Below, piece by piece: positions 22,695-32,721 of a stretch of 44,515 nt of DNA. The stretch comes from Mayamaea pseudoterrestris. Its lineage: Eukaryota. Within the stretch, counting starts at the first letter, position 1, and each line of letters opens with the position of its first letter. The translations under genes and the position numbers were made by a program. Below the pieces are notes generated by a model. The model did not search any database. It saw only the letters and a program-made list of their open reading frames with translations, and was not told the DNA's origin. The stretch lies in assembly GCA_027923505.1 (NCBI GenBank), contig BROI01000012.1, positions 930,001 through 974,515 on the forward strand. Direction: 5' to 3'.

Positions 22695-23702
22695 TTATCT
22701 TAACTTGTCGTCATGTACTTTGTAGAATCTAGGATCAGTCGCATCCAAATTATTGTCTGCGGCCTTTGTTTGCGTAACAGAGTCGTACATCTGGTTTGGC
22801 ACTTGACTCAGAGTCGCTGCCATGGCGCTCATATTGGGTAAGCTTGACGAAAATGCACTACTCGCTGTCATTGCCGTGGGTAGCAACAAACTCGCCAACC
22901 CAGACGCAAACGCTGACGCGACCGCCGATGTCACATACAGAGTGTCCGTCGATGCCAGAGGACCGAGTGTATTCTGCAGTGTTGCGCCAGCTTGGTTCCA
23001 TTCTTGGATGCGTTGCTTTAAAAACGTCCACGTATCAGTGTAGTCGATGGATGTGTCTGTCAGCATGTGCAGCTCGGTTGCCATGTAGATACCTCCCAGA
23101 GCGAGCTTGGCAAATTCATTGCCGCTTATAACTTGTTGCGTCGTGGCATCTTTGCTGTAAGCATATTGGTAAATCAATTCAACGAGTCGTTTCAGTTGCT
23201 GCTGCGTGTGCATGACATTCTCGGGCGACGCGCCCAGCGCCATGGCCTGATGCCAGGTTTGCGACTCCATAAACTCGCGCTGGTAGCCAAGTCGCAGCTG
23301 AATGGCACGTGTCATTCGATCCGATGATGTTTCTGACGGATCAGTGACTTGTCCTTGCAAGTCATGTTCGAGCCGGCGATGGAACGTATCCATGGCATGA
23401 CAAACCAAGTCTCTTGGCGTCGCAAGGCCAGCCATGGAAAAAGAAAGGTTTGCTCGTTGTTGTCGTTGCTCCATGATAGCCTGTATGATCGCCTCCTGTG
23501 TCCATCCATGCTGATGCACGTGATGAAGCGAGCGTTCCAATAGCTGCTGTTTCATTGCGGCCACAGATGGCGGTTTTGGCGTCGGCGATGGTCCCTCGGC
23601 GCTAGTTGACGATGAAGCCAGCCGGTTAGTGACATTTTTCGCCCTGCAATCATTAAATCTTCGCACGATGACAGCCCTGTGAATAGTATTTCTAATGGAC
23701 AT
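22695..23702 (-). CDS. COQ9: Ubiquinone biosynthesis protein COQ9-like, probably mitochondrial
   Basis: LLERSLHHVHQHGWTQEAI and LGGIYMATELHMLTDTSIDYTDTWTFLKQRI. Arg/Ser-rich N-terminus from ATG 23702; upstream in-frame ATGs also exist. Confidence 0.85.
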   Translation of the reverse strand: MSIRNTIHRAVIVRRFNDCRAKNVTNRLASSSTSAEGPSPTPKPPSVAAMKQQLLERSLHHVHQHGWTQEAIIQAIMEQRQQRANLSFSMAGLATPRDLVCHAMDTFHRRLEHDLQGQVTDPSETSSDRMTRAIQLRLGYQREFMESQTWHQAMALGASPENVMHTQQQLKRLVELIYQYAYSKDATTQQVISGNEFAKLALGGIYMATELHMLTDTSIDYTDTWTFLKQRIQEWNQAGATLQNTLGPLASTDTLYVTSAVASAFASGLASLLLPTAMTASSAFSSSLPNMSAMAATLSQVPNQMYDSVTQTKAADNNLDATDPRFYKVHDDKLR

Positions 23703-24435
23703 GCTGGGAGATGGCGAAGGGCGAAGGAACTGTGAGGCGGTCATCAGTTGTTGTATCCCTAGTATCAGGTGCATGAAAGAGCGAAAACACCAATAGAGCA
23801 AACGTTTGTAAACATGCATTGCAATCATCGCTGGCGATGCTGGCGACAAACAATCGGACTATCATTGTTTGGTAGTCGCTCTCTCGCTTCACCAGATTCT
23901 CAGCTCGGCGCAGAACGTGCATTTGCCAACGTACTTGTAATTCGCGCCAACAAAAAGAAAAAATATGCAAACAAAAGACTTTGCTCTGTCACTGTCTTTG
24001 CTAGAGATCGATTCTTTTATTTGCAGCCAGAAAAGCGGATCCGAAGGATAATACAGTCGTTGTATTGCACGCAACAAACAATGGTGAGAAAAGAAAAGCA
24101 TCCGTCGCGAAACGAAAGAGACGCACCGGTATTAGTAGTCAAATCACATTTCAGTCGCGCTTGCGAAAACCTTTTCTTCGCAGAGAAGCTTGTAGTGAAA
24201 TACTATATCCCATTATTGTGGTAGGATCTATCCGAACATGCTTCACGACATTAATTGAGGCTCTGCCATTGCGACATGGATGACTTGCTTTTCGCGTGCG
24301 TCTGCGCAATGACCGTTGACCTCTGCGACATCTGCTACTTTGCACGAAGCATTAAGTCGTTTGCAAGTGTGATGAAGTCAGTTACTGTACCTTGAATCCG
24401 TAAAGCTACAATTGTACAATGGTACATAGTGTTTG

Positions 24436-24452
24436 CGCGCGCGAAGCGCGCG
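24436..24452. other. GC-rich mini-hairpin CGCGCGC-GAA-GCGCGCG at the left edge of the repeat domain
   Basis: Perfect 7-bp stem with a GAA loop, read directly from the sequence. Confidence 0.8.
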
Positions 24453-24759
24453 AATTCCACTGCTTTCTTTCAAAATCATTGATCCTACCACCTCCCCGCT
24501 CCGCGAATGTGTTTCCCATCCAAAGAGTTAAGTACAATCAATAAAGAATCAGTTTACAAGCCCCAACTTTGCAAGCCCTGCATTTGGATTAGCAGGGATT
24601 CAGATGAAATGGCAAGTCTCCAGTCTGCAGGCTGAGAATTGCAAATCCACAATCTTTACAGTCACTGACAGCCAAGAGCCATTGTTTAATAGACAGTGCT
24701 AAACGTGATTTCTATTAGAAACTAACACAGTATCCATTGTACCAAGATAATACCATTTG

Positions 24760-24880
24760 CATGTCACAGCATCTGCAGACTTAGACTGGTGACAAGTTAT
24801 CACCAATCACATTGCAGTCTACTGAGACACCAACCAGGCATACCATCTTGTAAGGCAGACTGGATAATGATTTTGAATTA
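24760..24880. repeat. Satellite family C, left remnant (partial ~168-bp monomer)
   Basis: AGACTGGTGACAAGTTATCACCAATCACATTGCAGTCTACTGAGACACCAACCAGGCATA at 24783 is nearly identical to the copy at 37829. Confidence 0.9.
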
Positions 24881-27800
24881 TTGACAAAGTTAAAGGTTAA
24901 GATGTTCCAAATTGGAAGCCAGTCAACCAGTGGTTATGCAAAAATATAGCAAGCAGGGTCCTCCAAGTGGTTCGACCAGGTCAAAGTTTCAGATGGGATT
25001 ATTATAGTGATGCAACCTGGCCAGCAAGAATCTGAACCTGCTACTGCAATCCGCAGAAGGTGCTTGACAAGGTCCAACGCTTAAAATATTGAAAACAGCA
25101 GCTTTTCTGGCAGTGGCTGTGGTGTGACTGAGACTGAAACAAGTTGGGTATTCCATTTGCCTAACACAGCAAAGTTTCAGTTGGTAATTATGTAATGATC
25201 CAACCTTGCTAGCATGATTCTGAGCATGCCATGGCAATCAGGATAAGATGTGTGACAAAGTAAAAGGTTGCAATGTTCCAAATTGGAAGCCAGTCAGCCA
25301 GTGGTTATGCACAAATATAGCAAGCAGGGTCATCCAAGTGGTTCCACCAGGTCAAAGTTTCAGATGGGATTTGTATAGTGATGCAACCTGGCCAGCAAGA
25401 ATCTGAACCTGCTACTGCAATCCGCAGAAGGTGCTTGACAAGGTCCAAGGCTTGGTATATTGAAAACAGCAGCTATTCTGGCAGTGGCTGGGGTGTGACT
25501 GAGACTGAAACAAGTTGGGTGTTCCATGTGCCAAACACAGCAAAGTTTCAGTTGGTAATTATGTAATGATCCAACCTTGCTAGCATGATTCTGAGCATGC
25601 CATGGCAATCAGGATAAGATGTTTGACAAAGTCAAAGGTTGCAATGTTCCAAATTGGAAGCCAGTCAGCCAGTGGTTATGCACAAATATAGCAAGCAGGG
25701 TCATCCAAGTGGTTCCACCAGGTCAAAGTTTCAGATGGGATTTGTATAGTGATGCAACCTGGCCAGCAAGAATCTGAACCTGCTACTGCAATCCGCAGAA
25801 GGTGCTTGACAAGGTCCAAGGCTTGGAATATTGAAAACAGCAGCTATTCTGGCAGTGGCTGTGGTGTGACTGAGACTGAAACAAGTAGGGTGTTCCATGT
25901 GCCAAACACAGCAAAGTTGCAGTTGGCATTTACGTGATGATCCAACCTTGCTAGCATGATCCTGAGCATGCCATGGCAATCAGGATAAGATGTTTGACAA
26001 GTCAAAGGTTGAGATGTTCCAATTTGGAAGCTAGTCAGCCAGTGGTTATGCGTGAATATAGCAAGTAGGTTCCTCCAAGTGGTTCCACCAGGTCAAAATT
26101 TCAGATGGGATTTGTATAGTGATGCAACCGGGCCAGCAAGAATCTGAACCTGCTACTGCAATTTTCAGAAGGTGCTTGACAAGGTCCAAGGCTTGGAACG
26201 TTGAAAACAGCAGCAATTCTGGCAGTGGCTGTGGTGTGACTGAGACTGAAGCAAGTTGGGTGTTCCATGTGCCAAACACAGCAAAGTTTCAGTTGGGATT
26301 TATGTGATGATCCAACCTTGCTAAAATCATTCTGAGCATGCCATGGCAATCAGGAAAATAAGATGTTTGAAAAAGTAAAAGGTTGCAATGTTCCAATTTG
26401 GAAGCCAGTCAGCCAGTGGTTATGCGTGAATAAAGCAAGTAGGTTCCTCCAAGTGGTTCCACCAGGTCAAAGTTTCAGATGGGATTTGTATAGTGATGCA
26501 ACCTGGCCAGCAAGAATCTGAACCTGCTACTGCAATCCGCAAAAGGTGCTTGACAAGGTCCAAGGCTTGGAATATTGAAAATGGCAGCTGTTCTGGCAGT
26601 GGCTGTTGTGTGACTGAGACTGAAACAAGTTGGGTGTTCCATGTGCCAAACGCAGCAAAGTTTCAGTTGGGATTTATGTGATGATCCGACCTTGCTAACA
26701 AGATTCTGAGCATGCCATGGCAATCAGGATAAGATGTTTGACAAAGTCAAAGGTTGAGATGTTCCAATATGGAAGCCAGTCAGCCAGTGGTTATGCACGA
26801 ATATAGCAAGCAGGGTCCTCCAAGTGGTTCCACCAGGTCAAAGTTTCAGATGGGATTTGTATAGTGATGCAACCTGGCCACCAAGAGTCTGAACCTGCTA
26901 CTGCAATCCGCAGAAGGTGCTTGACAAGGTCAAAGGCTTGGAACATTGAAAACAGCAGCTTTTCTGGCAGTGGCTGTGATGTGACTGAGACTCAAACAAG
27001 TAGGGTGTTCCATGTGCCAAACACAGCAAAGTTTCAGTTGGGATTTATGTAATGATCCAACCTTGCTAGCATGATTCTGAGCATGCCATGGCAATCAGGA
27101 TAAGATGTTTGACAAAGTCAAAGGTTGAGATGTTCCAATTTGGAAGCTAGTCAGCCAGTGGTTATGCGTGAATATAGCAAATAGGTTCCTCCAAGTAGTT
27201 TCACCACATCAATGTTTCAGATGGTATTTGTATAGTGATGCAACCTGGCCACCAAGAGTCTGAACCTGCTACTGCAATCCGCAGAAGGTGCTTGACAAGG
27301 TCAAAGGCTTGGAACATTGAAAACAGCAGCTTTTCTGGCAGTGGCTGTGGTGTGACTGAGACTGAAACAAGTTAGGTGTTCCATTTGCCTAACACAGCAA
27401 AGTTTCAGTTGGGATTTATGGAATGATCCAACCTTGCTAGCATGATTCTGAGCATGCCATGGCAATCAGGATAAGATGTTTGAAAAAGTCAAAGGTTGCA
27501 ATGTTCCAAATTGGAAGCCAGTCAGCCAGTGGTTATGCAAGAATATAGCAAGCAGGGTCCTCCAAGTAATTCCACCAGATCAAAGTTTCAGATGGGATTT
27601 GTATAGTGATGCAGCCTGGCCAGCAAGAATCTGAACCTGCTACTGCAATCCGCAGAAGGTGCTTGACAAGGTCCAAGGCTTGGAACTTTGAAAACATCAG
27701 CTATTCAGGCAGTGGCTGGGGTGTGACTGAGACTGAAACAAGTTGGGTGTTCCATGTGCCAAACAGCAAAGTTGCAGTTGGGATTTATGTGATGATCCAA

Positions 27801-28958
27801 CCTTGCTAGCATGATTCTGAGCATGCCATGGCAATCAGGATAGGATGTTTGACAAAGTCAAAGGTTGAGATGTTCCAATATGGAAGCCCGTCAGCCAGTG
27901 GTTTTGCGTGAAAATAGCAAGTAGGGTCCTCCAAGTTATTTCACCACCTCAAAGATTCAGATGGGATTTGTATAGTGATGCCACCTGGCCAGCAAGAATC
28001 TGAACCTGCTACTGCAATTGGCAGAAGATGCTTGACAAGATCAAAGGCTTGGAACTTCGAAAACAGCAGCTATTCTGGCAGTGGCTGTGGTGTGACTGAG
28101 ACTGAAACAAGTTGGGTGTTCCATGTGCCAAACACAGCAAAGTTGCAGTTGGGATTTATGTAATGATCCGACCTTGCTAGCATGATTCTGAGCATGCCAT
28201 GGCAATCAGGAGAAGATATGGAAGCCAGTCAGCCAGTGGTTATGTGTGAATAAAGCAAGTAGGTTCCTCCAAGTGGTTCCACCAGGTCAAAGTTTCAGAT
28301 GGGATTTGTATAGTGATGCAACCTGGCCAGCAAGAATCTGAACCTGCTACTGCAATCCGCAGAAGGTGCTTGACAAGGGCAAAGGCTTGGAACCTTAAAA
28401 ACAGCAGCTTTTCTGTTAGTGGCTGTGGTGTGACTGAGACTGAAACAAGGTGGGTGTTCCATGTGCCAAACACAACAAAGTTTCAGTTGGTAATAATGTA
28501 ATGATGCAACCTTGCTAGCATGATTCTGAGCATGCCATGGCAATCAGAATAAGATGTTTGACAAAGTCAAAGGTTGAGATGTTCCAATATGAAAGCCAGT
28601 CAGCCAGTGGTTATGCGTGAATAAAGCAAGTAGGTTCCTCCAAGTGGTTTTACCAGGTCAAAGTTTCAGATTTGTATAGTGATGCAACCTGGCCAGCAAG
28701 AATCTGAACCTGCTACTGCAATCCACAGAAGGTGCTTGACAAGGTCCAAGGCTTGGAACTTTGAAAACAGAAGCAATTCTGGCAGTGGCTGTGGTGTGAC
28801 TGAGACTGAAACAAGTAGGGTGTTCCATGAGCCAAACACCGCAAAGTTTTTGTTGGGATTTATGTGATGATCCAACCATGCTAGCATGATTCTGAGCATG
28901 CCATGGCAATCAGGATAAGATGTTTGACAAAGTCAAAGGTTGCAATGTTCCAATTTGG
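24881..28958. repeat. Satellite family A, block 1: about 11 tandem copies of a ~371-bp unit
   Basis: The TCAGATGG anchor recurs at 24989, 25360, 25731, 26101, 26475, 26846, 27217, 27588, 27957 and 28295, with a variant at ~28666. Confidence 0.97.
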
Positions 28959-28976
28959 GGCCATGGCAATCAGGAT

Positions 28977-31900
28977 AGGTGCGACTGACCAACTTATGGT
29001 CCATCATTGACAACAAACATGATTTGAAAGAAATTGGAGGGCTCAGTGGGCAATGCTGTGCGCAGTCTCAGGGCGTGGTGATGGCTTCCACACCCAAATA
29101 GACAAGTCTATGAGTCCCTTTCATCATTCAAGTCCATATTGATTGTATTATGGGGTCTGCAGACCATTTTGGAAGTCTCACTTGCCACTTGACGTGCACC
29201 GCTAGCAGATCCGACAAGTTGTTGGATCTGCCCAGTCTCACCATGGCATACGTGGTGATGGATGCTGAGGTGCAACTGACCAACTTATGGCCCATCATTG
29301 ACAACAAACATGATTTGAAAGAAATTGGAGGGCTCAGCAGGCAATGCTGATGATCCCTGCAGCCAAAATGGGAGCAGGGCTGGCACATTCAACCATTGGT
29401 TGAACATGCGGAGTCTCAGGGCATGGCGATGGCTTCCACACCCAAATGGACAAGTCTATGAGTCCCTTGTATTGTTCAAGTTCATAATGGTTGTATTATG
29501 GGGTCTGCAGGCCATTTTGGGAGTCTCACTTGCCACATGAGGTGCACCGCTAGCAGATCCAACAAGTTGTTGGATCTGCTCTGTCTCACCGTGGCATACA
29601 TGGTGATGGATGCTGAGGTGCAACCAACCAACTTATGGCCCATCATTGACAACAAACATGATTTGAAATAAATTGGAGGGCTTAACTGGCAATGCTGATG
29701 ATCCCTGCAGCCAAAATGGGAGCAGGGCTGGCACATTCAACCATTGGTTGAACATGCGGAGTCTCAGGGCATGGCGATGGCTTCCACACCCAAATGGACA
29801 AGTCTATGAGTCCCTTGTATTGTTCAAGTTCATATTGGTTGTATTATGGGGTCTGCAGGCCATTTTGGGAGTCTCACTTGCCACATGAGGTGCACCGCTA
29901 GCAGATCCAACAAGTTGTTGGATCTGCTCTGTCTCACCGTGGCATACATGGTGATGGATGCTGAGGTGCAACTGACCAACTTATGGCCCATCATTGACAA
30001 CAAACATGATTTGAAATAAATTGGAGGGCTTAACGGGCAATGCTGATGATCCCTGCAGACAAAATGGGAGCAGGGCTGTGTTGATATGGTGATTCAGTCG
30101 ACGGTCAACTGAAGGGCTCGGTGGTTACTACTTGCAAGTAACTAGAAAACAAAGAAGGAATGCTTTGTTTGGTAACTGTGAGTGTTTATTGTTACTGCTA
30201 AAATGTACTGCCTTTGCAGGCCGAGCATCGCCGAGGTGCAGGCTTGCTTGGGCCCTGTTAAGTGTGATAGACAGTGAACTTGCCATCTTTTGGGTAATTA
30301 GGGTGCTTTGACCTTTGTAGCCATTATTAACTGGTGATAGAACAAATAGTTAGAGAGTAGGTCAGTTGGATGCTTCGCCATCCCCTTGCCAATGGCGAGG
30401 CCTGCCTCGCCATTGTCATCCTGTGGCGAGGCTGGTTTGAGGTGACCGAACCGAATCCCGCCTGATCCGTCGATGTTGCATGGACATCCGCCTATGTCGC
30501 ATAGACATCCAACAGGCTGGCACATTCAACCATTGGTTGAATGTGCAGAGTCTCAGGGCATAGTGATGGCTTCCACGCCCAAATGGACAAGTCTATGAGT
30601 CCCATTCATTCTTCAACTCCATATTGATTGTATTATGGGGCCTGCAGACCATTTTGGAAGTCTCACTTGCCACTTGAGGTGCACCGCTAGCAGATCCAAC
30701 ATGTTGTTGGATCTGCTCAGTCTCACTGGGGAGTACATGGTGATGGATGCTGAGGTGCAACTGACCAACTTATGGCCCATCATTGAAAACAAACATGATT
30801 TGAAATAAATTGGAGGGCTCAGCGGGCAATGCTGATGATCCCTGCAGCCAAAAAGGGAGCAGGGCTGGCACGTTCAACCATTGGTTGAATGTGCGCAGCC
30901 TCAGGGCAAAGTGATGGCTTCAACTCCCAAATGGACAAGTCTATGAGTCCCAATTATTGCTCAAGTCCTAATTGGTTGTATTATGGGGGCCTGCAGGCCA
31001 TTTTGGAAGTCTCATTTGCCACTTGAGGTGCACCGCTAGCAGATCCAACAAGTTGTTGGATCTGATCAGTTTCACCGTGGCATCTATGGTGATGAATGCT
31101 GAAATGCAGCTGACCAACTTATGGCCCATCATTGACAACACACATGATTTGAAAGAAATTGGAGGGCTCAGCTGGCAATGCTGATGATCCCTGCAGCCAA
31201 AAAGGGAGCATTGGTTGAATGTGCGCAGTCTCAGGGCATGGTGATGGCTTCCACACCCAAATGGAAAGGTATATGAGTCCCATTCATTGTTCAAGTCCAT
31301 ATTGATTGTATTATGGGGTCTGTAGGCCATTTTGGAAGTCTCAGTTGCCATTTGAGGTTCACCGCTAGCAGATCCAACAAGTTCTTGGATCTGCTCTGTC
31401 TCACCGTGGCATACATGGTGATGGATGCTGAGGTGCAACTGACCAAATTTTGGCCCAGCATTGACAACAAACGTGATTTGAAAGAAATGGGAGGGCTCAG
31501 CGGGCAATGGTGATGATCCCTGCAGCCAAAATGGTAGCATGGCTGGCACATTCAACAAATGGTTGAATGTGCGGAGTCTCAGGGCATAGTGATGGCTTCC
31601 ATGCCCAAATGGACAAGTCTATGAGTCCCAATTATTGCTCAAGTCCATATCGATTGTATTATGAGGTCTGCAGGCCATTTTGGAAGTCTCACTTGCCACT
31701 TGAGGTGCACCACTAGCAGATCCAACAAGTTGTTGGATCTGCTCAATCTCACTGGGGAGTACTTGGTGATGGATGCTGAGGTGCAACTGACCAACTTATG
31801 GCCCATCATTGACAACAAACATGATTTGAAAAGAATAGGAGGGCTCAGTGGGCAATGCTGATGATTCCTGCAGCCAAAAAGGAAGCAGGGCTGGCACATT

Positions 31901-32716
31901 CAACCATTGGTTGAATGTGCGGAGTCTCAAGGCATGGTGATGGCTTCCACACCCAAATGAACAAGTCTATGAGTCCCATTCATTGTTCAAGTCCATATTG
32001 ATTGTATTATGGGGTCTGTAGGCCATTTTGGAAGTCTCAGTTGCCATTTGAGGTTCACCGCTAGCAGATCCAACAAGTTCTTGGATCTGCTCTGTTTCAC
32101 CGTGGCATACATGGTGATGGATGCTGAGGTGCAACTGACCAAATTTTGGCCCAGCATTGACAACAAATATGATTTGAAAGAAATGGGAGGGCTCAGCGGG
32201 CAATGGTGATGATCCCTGCAGCCAAAAAGGGTAGCAGGGCTGGCACATTCAACCAATGGTTGAATGTGCGGAGTCGCAGTGCATAGTGATGGCTTCCACG
32301 CCCAAATGAACAAGTCTATGAGTCCCATTCATTGATCAAGTCCATATTGGTTGTATTATGGGGTCTGCAGGCTATTTTGGAAGTCTCACTTGCCACTTGA
32401 GGTGCACCACTAGAAGATCCAACAAGTTGTTGGATCTGCTCTGTCTCACCGTGGCGTACATGGCAATGAATGCTGAGGTGCAACTGACCAACTTATGGCC
32501 CATCATGGTCAACACACATAAATTGAAAAGGATCAGAGGGCTCATCGGGCATTGCTGATGATCCCTGCAGCCAAAATGGGAGCAGTGCTGGCACATTCAA
32601 CCATTTGTTGAATGTGCACAGTCTCAGGGCATGGTGATGGCTTCCACACCTAAATGGAGAAGTCTATGAGTCCCATTCATTGTTCAAGTCCATATTGATT
32701 GTATCATGGGGTCTGC
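28977..32716. repeat. Satellite family B: about 9.5 tandem copies of a ~348-bp unit, interrupted by a solo LTR
   Basis: The GTGCAACTGACCAA-type anchor recurs at about 28978, 29270, 29618, 29966, 30754, 31104, 31433, 31781, 32129 and 32478. Confidence 0.97.
30079..30514. mobile_element. Solo LTR of an LTR retrotransposon (probably Ty1/copia), 436 bp
   Basis: Starts TGTTG and ends CAACA. Flanked by the 5-bp direct repeat GGCTG (30074-30078, 30515-30519). Uninterrupted sister units read GGGAGCAGGGCTGGCACATTC, which shows the empty site. Confidence 0.85.
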
Positions 32717-32721
32717 TTGAT

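Noticed and set aside
23850..24430. Possible missing 3' end of the P450 beyond the repeat domain
   Set aside because: The minus-strand sequence I read immediately left of the hairpin shows no GxRxCxG motif, so a simple insertion into the P450 is not supported.
28977..32716. Palindromic repeats as a CRISPR array or attC-like cassette array
   Set aside because: The sequences between palindromes are repeated, not unique, and no Cas or integrase gene is in the window.
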